A stretch of 64,000 nucleotides of DNA, from positions 26,789 to 90,788 of the forward strand of contig JAFAYM010000161.1 in NCBI GenBank assembly GCA_019240395.1. The letters are read 5' to 3'. A program made the translations under genes and the position numbers. The first letter of the stretch is position 1; each line of letters starts with the position of its first letter. This document shows, in pieces, positions 44,903 through 53,431 of the stretch. A model generated the notes under the pieces. It was not told the DNA's origin. It saw nothing but the letters and a program-made list of their open reading frames with translations, and did no database searches. The stretch is from Acidisphaera sp. GTDB lineage: Bacteria > Pseudomonadota > Alphaproteobacteria > Acetobacterales > Acetobacteraceae.

Positions 44903-44966
44903 AAGGCGAGGGGCTCTGCCCCTCGACCCCGGCAGGGACCGTCGTCCCTGCACCCTTCTACTTAAG
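44903..44966. repeat. Family A MITE-like element, half copy (opposite orientation)
   Basis: AAGGCGAGGGGCTCTGCCCCTCGACCCC GGCAGGGACCGTCGTCCCTGC ACCCTTCTACTTAAG. It lies between the CoA-transferase stop and the ThDP-enzyme SD. Confidence 0.85.
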
Positions 44967-44973
44967 TCTGGGC

Positions 44974-46200
44974 TTAGATCACGCCCGCCTCCCTAAGCTC
45001 TTGCACATCGCCGGGCGCCAGCGACAACCAGCTCGTCAGCACCTCCGCGTTATGCTCGCCGAGCAACGGCGCGGGCGCCACTCTCGGCGTGGCGCCGTCA
45101 TGGCGCACCGGCCAGCCCGGCATCTTGAAGGCGCCGGCGCGGGGATGCTGCATCACCTGCATGATGCGCCGCTCCTCGAGCGACGGATCGTCCTGCAATT
45201 CCTTCGTGTCGAGCACCGCCCCGGCGGGCACGCCGGCCGCACCGATCAGCCGCATCGCCTCGCGCTTGTCGCGCCCGCGCGTCCATTCCGCGATCAGCGC
45301 ATCGACCTCCGCCTCGTGCTGCGAGCGCGCCAGGCCGGTCTCGTAGCGCGGATCGCCGATCAGGTCCTCGCGCCCGATCACGCCGAGCAGGCGCCGCCAG
45401 TGCTCGGGATTGGTGCGGCTGGTGTAGACATACACGTAATCGTTCGGCCCGCCGGGCGCACAGGGATAGATGCCGCACGGCGCGTTGGAGCCGGAGACCG
45501 AGGCGGCGCCGGCGCGCTGCACCGGACCGTAGCCGTTCCGCGCCTGCGTGGCGAAGGCGATGCGCATGTAATGCAGCATCGCGTCCTGCATGGCCACCTG
45601 CAGATGCTGGCCCTCGCCGGTATCGCGCCGGCGATAAAGCGCGCCGAGAATGCTGATCGCCAGCAGCATGCCCGTGCCCGTGTCGCCGAGCGTCGGCCCG
45701 GGTTTCGCCGGCGGCCCGCCGCGCTCGCCGGTCACGCTCATGATGCCGCCGGTGGCCTGCGCGATCATGTCGAAGGCGAGATTGTCGGCGTACGGGCTGC
45801 CCTCGCCGAAACCCTTGACCTGGGCGTAGATGATGCCGGGATTGACCGCGCGCACGGCGTCATAGCCAAGGCCGAGGCGCTCGATGGCGCCGGGCGCGAA
45901 ATTCTCGATGAACACGTCCGCGCGCGCCGCCAGGTCCTTCACCAGCGCCACGCCGCGCGGCGATTTCAGGTTGACGGTGACCGACTTCTTGTTGGCGTTC
46001 AGGATGAGGAAATAGAAGGAATCCGAGCCCTCGATGCCGCCGAGCGTGGCGGCGCGGCCGGGATCGCCGGCGCGCGGATTTTCCAGCTTCACCACCTCGG
46101 CCCCAAGCCAGGCCAGCGCCTCCGTGCAGGACGGTCCCGCTTCGAACTGGCTGAGATCGAGCACGCGGATACCGGCAAGGCAGTTCTCTCCGCCGGTCAT
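44974..46200 (-). CDS. Family III CoA-transferase, copy 3 (formyl-CoA-transferase-like)
   Basis: LAGIRVLDLSQFEAGPSCTEALAWLGAEVVKLENPRAGDPGR. 408 aa. Start overlaps the RidA stop (ATGA). Confidence 0.85.
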   Translation of the reverse strand: MTGGENCLAGIRVLDLSQFEAGPSCTEALAWLGAEVVKLENPRAGDPGRAATLGGIEGSDSFYFLILNANKKSVTVNLKSPRGVALVKDLAARADVFIENFAPGAIERLGLGYDAVRAVNPGIIYAQVKGFGEGSPYADNLAFDMIAQATGGIMSVTGERGGPPAKPGPTLGDTGTGMLLAISILGALYRRRDTGEGQHLQVAMQDAMLHYMRIAFATQARNGYGPVQRAGAASVSGSNAPCGIYPCAPGGPNDYVYVYTSRTNPEHWRRLLGVIGREDLIGDPRYETGLARSQHEAEVDALIAEWTRGRDKREAMRLIGAAGVPAGAVLDTKELQDDPSLEERRIMQVMQHPRAGAFKMPGWPVRHDGATPRVAPAPLLGEHNAEVLTSWLSLAPGDVQELREAGVI

Positions 46201-46592
46201 GCGCGCGCTCCCGCCCGGCGCGCCGTCACCTCGATCTCAATGCGCATCTCCGGCTGCGCAAGCCCGGCGACAACCAGCATCGTCGCGGCCGGCCGCGCCG
46301 TGCCGAAGGCGCCGCGCAGCAGCTCCCAGCACGAGGGAAATTCCGCGGCATCGAGGAGGTAGTAGTGCACGCGTAGCACGTCGTCGAAGCCGCAACCGGC
46401 CTGGGTGAGCGCCGCTTCGATGTTGGCGAGCGTCTGGCGGCACTGCGCCACGACATCCGGGGCGATCGTGCCGGCGGCGTAGTCGTAGCCGGTGGTGCCG
46501 CTGACATGCACCCAGTCGCCGTCCACCACGGCGCGGGAATAGCCGATTTTCGCCTCGAAACGGCTGCCGCTCGAGATCAGCCGGCGCGTCAT
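46197..46592 (-). CDS. RidA/YjgF/UK114 family protein
   Basis: 131 aa. YSRAVVDGDWVHVSG, QCRQTLANIEAAL and IEIEVTA are typical of the family. Confidence 0.8.
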   Translation of the reverse strand: MTRRLISSGSRFEAKIGYSRAVVDGDWVHVSGTTGYDYAAGTIAPDVVAQCRQTLANIEAALTQAGCGFDDVLRVHYYLLDAAEFPSCWELLRGAFGTARPAATMLVVAGLAQPEMRIEIEVTARRAGARA

Positions 46593-47392
46593 GTCCGCAG
46601 CACCGCCGGACGATACCAGGCGGGCTTTCGCTTCTCGCGGAACGCCGCGGTGCCCTCGCGACCTTCGGCGGAAGCGCGCTGCGTCCAGCTCTCATGCGCC
46701 AGCATGGCTTTCTCCCTCGGGCTCAGAGTCAATCCGTTGGCGGCAAGGAACGAAGACTTGGTCACCGCCATCGCCTGCGGCGCCGACAGGAAAATGGCGT
46801 CCAATACTTCGTCGAGCCGCGCCTCCAGCCGTGCCGCGTCCACCACCTCGTGCACCAGGCCGATGCGCAGCGCCTCCGCGGCGTCGAAGCGCTCGCCGGT
46901 CAGCGCGTAGCGCCGGGTGTGGCGCAGTCCCATGGCGTTGACCATGTGCGTCGAGATCGGCGAGGGAGTGACGCCGACTCGCACCTCGGTCAGGCCGAAC
47001 ACCGCCGCGGGCGTGGCCAGCGCGACATCCACGCAGCACACCAGTCCGCAGCCGCCGCCGAAACAGGCGCCGTGCACCACGGCGACGGTCGGCTTGGGGA
47101 ATTCGTTCAGCCGCGTCGTCGCCTCGACGGTCGCCATGGACGCGGCATAGGCCTGCTCCGGCGGATAGGCGGCGGCGCGGCCGAGCCAGTCGATATCCGC
47201 ACCGGCCTGGAAATGCTTCCCCGCCCCGCGGATCACCACGGCGCGCACCGCATGGTCGCGTTCGAGATGCGCCAGCCCGTCGATCAGGCCGGCGAGCAGC
47301 GTCTCGTCATAGGCGTTGCCGCGCTCCGGCCGGTTCAGCGTCACGGTGGCCACGCCGCGCGCGTCGGTGGCGAGCAGGACGGGATCGGTCAT
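46589..47392 (-). CDS. Enoyl-CoA hydratase/isomerase (crotonase) family protein
   Basis: 267 aa. VTLNRPERGNAY, GAGKHFQAGADI and VHGACFGGGCGLVCCVD. ATGA overlaps at both ends. Confidence 0.85.
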   Translation of the reverse strand: MTDPVLLATDARGVATVTLNRPERGNAYDETLLAGLIDGLAHLERDHAVRAVVIRGAGKHFQAGADIDWLGRAAAYPPEQAYAASMATVEATTRLNEFPKPTVAVVHGACFGGGCGLVCCVDVALATPAAVFGLTEVRVGVTPSPISTHMVNAMGLRHTRRYALTGERFDAAEALRIGLVHEVVDAARLEARLDEVLDAIFLSAPQAMAVTKSSFLAANGLTLSPREKAMLAHESWTQRASAEGREGTAAFREKRKPAWYRPAVLRT

Positions 47393-48336
47393 GACAGGAT
47401 GTCCCCCGAAACGATGCCGGTCGGATCGGTGTTGCCGCCGCAGACCAGCACGCCGACGCAGGCATCGTCGGGCGGTACCCAGGCGCCGCAGAGCAGCGCG
47501 GCCAGCGCGGTCGCGCCCCCTGGTTCGGCGATCAGCCGCATGCGGTCCCAGAGCAGAAGCTGGGCGGCGCGGATCGCCGCGTCGGGCACCAGCACGGACT
47601 GCGCGACATGGGCGCGGGCGATCGGGAACATGATCTGACCGACCTGGCGGGCGCCGAGGCTATCGGCCGCGATGCCGCCGACCGCGGCGCCCACCGGCTG
47701 GCCCGCCTGCAAGGCCGTGTGCAACGTGGGGCAGGCTTCCGGCTCGACCGCCACCACCTGCACGCGGCCGGCAAACCAGGCGGCGATGCCGCCGATCAGC
47801 CCGCCGCCGCCGACCGCCACCAGCAGATGCGTCATGTCGGGGACGTCGGCTGCGAACTCCCGCCCGACCGTGCCCTGCCCGGCGATCACGTCCGCGTCGT
47901 CATAGGCGTGCACTTCCAGCGCCCCGGTTTCCGCCTGGCGGAGCCGGCTCGCGGCGTACGCCTCGGCATAGTTCGCGCCGATCCGTGTCAGCCGTGCGCC
48001 ATAGCTGCCGATGCGGGCCAGCTTCGCCGCACCGGTGATCTCCGGCACGAAGATCTCCGCCGGGATGCCCAGCGCCTGCGCGGCATAGGCGACGGCAGCG
48101 CCGTGATTGCCGCCGGATGCCGCGATCACGCCCGCCTTCGGCAAATCGGCCGAGAGGATGCGATTGAAGGCGCCCCGCGGCTTGAAGCTGCCGGCGTGCT
48201 GTAACAGCTCCAGCTTCAGCACGACGGGAACCCCGAGCCCCAGCTCTGCCGCATCGAGCCGCAAGACCGGCGTATGCCGCACGCGACCGGCGATGCGCGC
48301 GGCGGCAGTCTCGATGTCGAAAGGACCCGGCGCCAT
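47389..48336 (-). CDS. PLP-dependent threonine/serine dehydratase-like enzyme (PALP fold)
   Basis: ATG 48336 (MAPGPFDIETAAARI...). PLP lysine motif HAGSFKPRGAFN, phosphate loop SGGNHGAAVAYAA, and VAVGGGGLIGG. Confidence 0.8.
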   Translation of the reverse strand: MAPGPFDIETAAARIAGRVRHTPVLRLDAAELGLGVPVVLKLELLQHAGSFKPRGAFNRILSADLPKAGVIAASGGNHGAAVAYAAQALGIPAEIFVPEITGAAKLARIGSYGARLTRIGANYAEAYAASRLRQAETGALEVHAYDDADVIAGQGTVGREFAADVPDMTHLLVAVGGGGLIGGIAAWFAGRVQVVAVEPEACPTLHTALQAGQPVGAAVGGIAADSLGARQVGQIMFPIARAHVAQSVLVPDAAIRAAQLLLWDRMRLIAEPGGATALAALLCGAWVPPDDACVGVLVCGGNTDPTGIVSGDILS

Positions 48337-48438
48337 GCGATGAGGCTGGCACGCCGCCCCCGCGCCGGCAACGCGCAATGGAGACCCAACAGGGGCGGGC
48401 CTTCCCTCCGGGGCGGCAAAGTACCACATTCCGTTCTC

Positions 48439-48876
48439 ATGCAGTTCCGCGGCCAGATACACGCCAGCTGCGTGGCCAGGTCCGGCGCGGGAGTGCTGCT
48501 GCTCGGACCCGCGGGGTCAGGCAAGTCCGATCTGGCGCTGCGGCTGCTCGATCACGGATTTTCATTGGTGGCAGACGACAGGGTGGACATCGAAGACGGC
48601 GACGCGCGCGCACCGGCCGCCCTGGCGGGGCTGCTGGAGGTGCGCGGGCTCGGCATCGTCCGGCTGCCCTGGCAGCCGGCGCGGCTGGCGCTGGCGGTCT
48701 CGCTCGGCAGCGGCGACCGCCTGCCCGAGCCGTCGCGGCACGCCGAGCTCGGCCTGCCGCTGGTCTGCATCGACCCGCGCTCTGCCTCGGCTGCCGCGCG
48801 CGTTTCACTGGCGCTCGATTGCGCGCTCGGCCGGGTCGACCAGCTCGCCGGCGCCTTCACGGGGGGTGCGCCGTGA
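48439..48876 (+). CDS. hprK: Short HPr kinase/phosphorylase (C-terminal catalytic domain only, alphaproteobacterial type)
   Basis: ATG 48439. 145 aa with IHASCV, P-loop GPAGSGKSDLALRL, LVADDRV and LEVRGLGIV. Confidence 0.75.
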   Translation: MQFRGQIHASCVARSGAGVLLLGPAGSGKSDLALRLLDHGFSLVADDRVDIEDGDARAPAALAGLLEVRGLGIVRLPWQPARLALAVSLGSGDRLPEPSRHAELGLPLVCIDPRSASAAARVSLALDCALGRVDQLAGAFTGGAP

Positions 48877-49829
48877 GCGGCGTGCGGCAGCGCGTGGTGC
48901 TGGTCAGCGGACTGTCCGGGGCCGGAAAGTCCTCCATCCTGCGCACGCTCGAGGATCTCGGCTACGAGGCGGTGGACAATCTGCCGCTGCCGCTGATCGA
49001 GGACGTGGTGGCGCGCGGCGACCGCTGGCTCGCCATCGGCGTGGACAGCCGCACCAGCGGCTTCTGCCCGGAGATCGCGCTGGAGACCCTGTCGCGGATG
49101 CGGCTCGACCCGGGCCTCCGACCCGAACTGGTCTATGCCTGGGCCGACGAGGCAGCCCTGCTGCGCCGCTACACCGAAACCCGCCGCCGCCACCCGATGG
49201 CGCCGGCCGGGCGGGTGATCGACGGCATCGCCGCGGAGGAGGCGCTCACCGCTAGCCTGCGCTTGGCCGCCGACCTCGTGGTGGACACGTCCGAGCTGCC
49301 GCCGCCGGCGCTGCGCCGGCTCATCGAGCAGCGCTTCGGCCCCGAGGAGGGGCAGCGCGGCCTGGTGGTGTCGCTGGTCTCCTTTGCCTATCCCGCAGGA
49401 CTGCCGCGGGAGGCCGATCTGGTCCTCGACGCACGGTTCCTGCGCAACCCGCATTACGACGCAACCCTGCGTCCGCGCACCGGGCTCGATCCGGAGGTCG
49501 GCGCCTATGTCGAGGCGGATCCTGATTATTCAGCTTTCTACGCCATGGTCTTCGACCTCCTCGGCTTGCTGCTGCCGCGCTTCGTGCAGGAGGGCAAGAA
49601 ATACGCGACGGTCGCCATCGGCTGCACCGGCGGACGGCATCGCTCGGTTCACCTGGTGGAAAGGATCGCCGCCCAGCTCGCCGAGGCAGGCTGGCAGGTG
49701 ACGCGGACGCACCGGGAATTGACGCGGCAGGGAAGCTCTGCTGAACAGTCGGTTAATGCCCCGGCCACGCTTCAGACAGGCGGCGCGCGAAGCGCCGTGC
49801 AAGGCTCCGTTCAGGCGCAGGAGGCCTGA
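48873..49829 (+). CDS. rapZ: RNase adapter protein RapZ (YhbJ-type P-loop protein)
   Basis: GTG 48873 overlaps the hprK stop (GTGA). VVLVSGLSGAGKSSILRTLEDLGYEAVDNLP, DARFLRNPHY and IGCTGGRHRSV. Confidence 0.85.
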   Translation: MSGVRQRVVLVSGLSGAGKSSILRTLEDLGYEAVDNLPLPLIEDVVARGDRWLAIGVDSRTSGFCPEIALETLSRMRLDPGLRPELVYAWADEAALLRRYTETRRRHPMAPAGRVIDGIAAEEALTASLRLAADLVVDTSELPPPALRRLIEQRFGPEEGQRGLVVSLVSFAYPAGLPREADLVLDARFLRNPHYDATLRPRTGLDPEVGAYVEADPDYSAFYAMVFDLLGLLLPRFVQEGKKYATVAIGCTGGRHRSVHLVERIAAQLAEAGWQVTRTHRELTRQGSSAEQSVNAPATLQTGGARSAVQGSVQAQEA

Positions 49830-49838
49830 GGCAAGATC

Positions 49839-50261
49839 ATGATAGGTCTGGTGCTGGTGACCCACGGCCGGCTGGCCGAGGAGCTGCGTGCCGCCATGGA
49901 GCATGTGGTCGGCGCGCAGCGCAACGTCGCGACCGTCTGCATCGGCGCGGATGACGACATCGAAGGCCGCCGAGCCGAGATCCAGGCCTGCATCGACGGG
50001 GTGGAGACCGGCGACGGCGTGGTGCTGCTGACCGACATGTTCGGGGGCACCCCGAGTAACCTGGCGATCTCCATGATGGACCGGAAAGGCGTGGAGGTGA
50101 TCGCCGGCGTCAACCTGCCGATGCTGGTGAAGCTGGCCAAAGTGCGCTCTTGCGAGCCGCTGGCGGCCGCCGTCGATTGCGCCCAGGCGGCCGGGCGGAA
50201 ATATATCGGCGCCGCCTCCCACGTCCTGCACGGCTGCCGCGCCAACGGCACGAGCGGGTGA
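49839..50261 (+). CDS. PTS EIIA component, mannose/fructose family
   Basis: MIGLVLVTHGRLAEEL (active-site His) and LTDMFGGTPSN. Confidence 0.85.
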   Translation: MIGLVLVTHGRLAEELRAAMEHVVGAQRNVATVCIGADDDIEGRRAEIQACIDGVETGDGVVLLTDMFGGTPSNLAISMMDRKGVEVIAGVNLPMLVKLAKVRSCEPLAAAVDCAQAAGRKYIGAASHVLHGCRANGTSG

Positions 50262-50300
50262 GCCGTAGCCCGAGCCGTATGGGGCCGGGTTGAGCAGAGG

Positions 50301-50639
50301 ATGAGTCCGCCCGACGACGTGGCTCGATCTGATGGCGCGCCGGATCGGGCCACGGCGCCGCAGGGTGCGGTGCTCTCCCGGGTGGTGACGATCTGCAACC
50401 GGCGTGGCCTGCACGCCCGCGCCGCCGCCCGCTTCGTCACCACGGCCGAGCATTTCGGCGCCTCGGTGGAGGTGCTGCGTGACGGGCAGGTGGTCTCGGC
50501 CCGCTCGATCATGGGGCTGATGATGCTCGGCGCCGGCAAGGGCTCGGAGGTTGAGCTGCGGGCCGAGGGATGGGATGCCAAGGAGGCGCTGGACGCCCTG
50601 GCCGCGCTGATCGAGACCGGCTTCGATGAGCAGGAGTGA
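50301..50639 (+). CDS. ptsH: HPr-family phosphocarrier protein
   Basis: ICNRRGLHARAAARFV (His-15 region) and ARSIMGLMMLGAGKG (Ser-46 region). Confidence 0.85.
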   Translation: MSPPDDVARSDGAPDRATAPQGAVLSRVVTICNRRGLHARAAARFVTTAEHFGASVEVLRDGQVVSARSIMGLMMLGAGKGSEVELRAEGWDAKEALDALAALIETGFDEQE

Positions 50640-52437
50640 GCCGAGGACCACGCCCCGCATCGAGCGCCGGTTCACCGGCATCCCGGTCTGCGACGGCATC
50701 GCCATCGGCCCGGTGTTCAGCGCCGCCGAGCCGGCCGCCCTGTTCAAGCCCCGGGCGATCGCGCCGGAGGAGGTGCCGGCCGAGCGCGACCGCCTGGAAG
50801 CCGCCATCCTGCAGTCGCGCAAGCAGCTGGCCAAGCTGCGTGCCCGTCTCGGCGTGCTGCCGGAGGAGGCGCAGGCCGAGATCGCGCCGCTGATCGACGC
50901 CTACATCCATATGCTCGGCCCGACGCGGCTGACCCGCGGCGTGCGCCGGCGCATTCCCGAACAGCTGGTGTCGGCGGAGACGGCGATGGCGGAGGAGTGC
51001 GAGGCGATCGCCCGCGCCTTCCTGGCGGTCTCGCAGGACGACATGAGCGAGGAATACCGGGCGAGCCAGGACCGCCGGGCCGAGGAGGTGCGCGAGATCG
51101 GCCGGCGGGTGATCCGCAACCTCACCCACCAGCCGTTCCGCAGTTTCGCCCACCTGCCGCCCGGCGCCGTGCTGGTCAGCGAGTTCCTGCGCCCGGCCGA
51201 TGCGGCGCTGCTCGAACCGGCGCGGCTGGCCGGGGTCGCCACCGACGAGGGTGGGGCCGACGGCCACACCGCCATCATGCTGCGCGCCCTCGGCGTGCCG
51301 GCGGTGCTCGGCGCGGTCGGGCTGTCCGGCGGGATGCGGTCGGGCGATGTGGCGATCGTCGACGGCGGCGTCGGCACGGTGGTGCTCAATCCGTCATCGG
51401 CGGCGCTCGACGAGGCGCACCGTGCGGTGACGCAGTTCGCCCGCGCCCGCCAGCGGCTCGGCCGCCTGCGCCGCCTGCCCGCGCAGACCACCGACGGCGT
51501 CGTCGTCGAGCTGCAGGCCAACCTCGAGCTGCCGATCGAGCTGGCGCTCATCGCCCAGGCAGGCGCGGCGGGGGTCGGCCTGCTGCGCAGCGAGTTCCTG
51601 TTCATGAACCGGGAGACCCTGCCCGACGAGGCGGCGCAGTCGGAAACCTTCCGTACCGTCATCGAGGCGATGGGCGGCGATCCGGTGACTATCCGGGTGC
51701 TCGACTGGGGCGGCGAGAAGGATATCGACTCGCTGGTGGCGGCCGGCCTGGTGCCCGAACTCGCCGACAGCAACCCGGCGCTCAGCCTGCGCGGCATCCG
51801 CCTGCTGCTGCGCCAGCCCGAGCTGTTCGAGGCGCAGATCGCCGCCATCCTGCGCGCCGCCACCGCCGGGCCGGTCCGCGTGCTGCTGCCGATGGTGACC
51901 TGTGTCGCCGAGGTGCGGGCGGCGCGCGAGATCTACGAGCGGGTGATCCGTCGCCTGCGCCGCGCCCGTGAGCCTCTGCCCGAGCCGCTGCCGCCGCTCG
52001 GCATCATGATCGAGACGCCGGGAGCCGCACTGTCCGCCGACGCGCTGGCGCTGGAGGCGGATTTCTTCGCCATCGGCACCAACGACCTGACCATGTACAC
52101 CCTGGCCGTCGATCGCGGCGAGAGCAGCGTCGCGCATCTCTATGATCCGCTACACCCGGCGGTGCTGCGCCTCGTGCAGTTCGCCACGGAGGCGGCGCTG
52201 CGCATGCGCAAGCCGGTCTCGGTCTGCGGCGAGATGGCCGGCAATCCGCGTTTCACGCCGCTGCTGCTCGGCCTCGGCCTGCGCAGCCTGAGCATGAATG
52301 CCGCGGCGATCCCGCGGGTCAAGCAGGCGCTGCGCGGCGTCTCCTTCGCTGCCTGCGCCCGCTTCGCGCGGCGGGTCATGGAGCAGCCCGACCCGCAGCT
52401 CATCGCCGAGCTGGTGGCGGGGTTTCACGAGAAGTAG
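50626..52437 (+). CDS. ptsI: Phosphoenolpyruvate-protein phosphotransferase (Enzyme I), no GAF domain
   Basis: 603 aa. Phospho-His region GGADGHTAIMLRALGVPAV, GLLRSEFLF, MIETPGAA, FFAIGTNDLTMYTLAVDR and VCGEMAG. Confidence 0.9.
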   Translation: MSRSEPRTTPRIERRFTGIPVCDGIAIGPVFSAAEPAALFKPRAIAPEEVPAERDRLEAAILQSRKQLAKLRARLGVLPEEAQAEIAPLIDAYIHMLGPTRLTRGVRRRIPEQLVSAETAMAEECEAIARAFLAVSQDDMSEEYRASQDRRAEEVREIGRRVIRNLTHQPFRSFAHLPPGAVLVSEFLRPADAALLEPARLAGVATDEGGADGHTAIMLRALGVPAVLGAVGLSGGMRSGDVAIVDGGVGTVVLNPSSAALDEAHRAVTQFARARQRLGRLRRLPAQTTDGVVVELQANLELPIELALIAQAGAAGVGLLRSEFLFMNRETLPDEAAQSETFRTVIEAMGGDPVTIRVLDWGGEKDIDSLVAAGLVPELADSNPALSLRGIRLLLRQPELFEAQIAAILRAATAGPVRVLLPMVTCVAEVRAAREIYERVIRRLRRAREPLPEPLPPLGIMIETPGAALSADALALEADFFAIGTNDLTMYTLAVDRGESSVAHLYDPLHPAVLRLVQFATEAALRMRKPVSVCGEMAGNPRFTPLLLGLGLRSLSMNAAAIPRVKQALRGVSFAACARFARRVMEQPDPQLIAELVAGFHEK

Positions 52438-52467
52438 GGGGGAGCCCTCCGGACGACGTAAGCCGGC

Positions 52468-52776
52468 TCAGTGTTGCGGATCCACGGTCGCCGCCGTCGG
52501 ACTGCGGTCGGGCCGGCTCTCGCCGAGCGCGCGCGCCGGCTGGTCCCCGGTCAGGACCGCCGAGCTGGATGAGCTGAACGGCGTGGAGTTGAACGGTCCG
52601 GCATCCAGGGCGCCGCCGGCGCGATTGGCCGGCGATACCCGCTGGGCATCCACCCCGGGCACCGGGGCGTCGGTGAAGGCGTGCGGCGCGTTCGCCGGCG
52701 GGCGCGTGCCGGGCGGCGCCTGGGCGACCGCCATGGCGGGCAGGGCGAGGATCCCGAGCAGCAGGATGCGGTGCAT
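52468..52776 (-). CDS. Small secreted protein, unknown function
   Basis: 102 aa. Signal peptide MHRILLLGILALPAMAVAQA, then a low-complexity body. Strong SD GGAGGAG lies 8 nt upstream of the ATG. Confidence 0.5.
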   Translation of the reverse strand: MHRILLLGILALPAMAVAQAPPGTRPPANAPHAFTDAPVPGVDAQRVSPANRAGGALDAGPFNSTPFSSSSSAVLTGDQPARALGESRPDRSPTAATVDPQH

Positions 52777-52862
52777 CGACGATCTCCTCCGTTCAGCCCA
52801 GGGTTGGATTTGGCGCGAAAAGCGCGGCGCGGGAAAGCGAAACTTGGTAACGAACTGAGGCG

Positions 52863-53321
52863 TCAGCGGGGGGCGGCGGGACCCGTAGCGCCGATCGCCT
52901 GCACCTTCGCCTGCACGTCTGCCGGCGCCGCGCGGGCGAACATCAGGTGCACCGGCACGCTCTGGCCCTGCCGCAGCGGGGTTTTCAGCCCGGTGAGCAT
53001 GATGTGGGCGCCGCCCGGACCCAGCGTCACCGGCTTGCCGGCCGGCAGATCGAGGCCGCCTTCGACCGGGCGCATGCGCATGATGCCGCCATCCATGGTC
53101 GTTTCGTGCAGTTCGGCACGCTCCGCCACCGGCGAGGACGCGCCGATCAGCCGGTCATCGTTCGCGCTGGTCAGGGTGAGATAGATCACGCCGGTGGAGG
53201 CGTGCGGCGGCGTGGCGCGCGACCAGGCATTCTGCACGCTGACCTGCGGCGCCTGGGCGCCGGCATCGCCTGAGCAGACCAAACCCGCGAGAAGCAGGAC
53301 GCCGAGTGCGAGGAGCCGCAT
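52863..53321 (-). CDS. Periplasmic copper chaperone PCu(A)C (DUF461)
   Basis: Signal peptide, then AELHETTMDGGIMRMRPV and GGAHIMLTGL, which is the H(M)X10MX21HXM Cu(I) motif. Confidence 0.85.
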   Translation of the reverse strand: MRLLALGVLLLAGLVCSGDAGAQAPQVSVQNAWSRATPPHASTGVIYLTLTSANDDRLIGASSPVAERAELHETTMDGGIMRMRPVEGGLDLPAGKPVTLGPGGAHIMLTGLKTPLRQGQSVPVHLMFARAAPADVQAKVQAIGATGPAAPR

Positions 53322-53431
53322 GCGCCGAAACTAGAGCAAAATCGGCGCAACCGGAATCACCTGGGATCCAGGCCAATGAAGCCCCTTCACATCCGGGGAA
53401 AGCATCGGATACTGCGTCTCGGGGGATATCG

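Noticed and set aside
53306-53431. GTG 53306 as the start of the first DMGDH-like gene
   Set aside because: It would overlap the divergent PCu(A)C gene start and add 42 non-conserved residues. TTG 53432, with a GGGGGA SD, sits right before the FAD fold.
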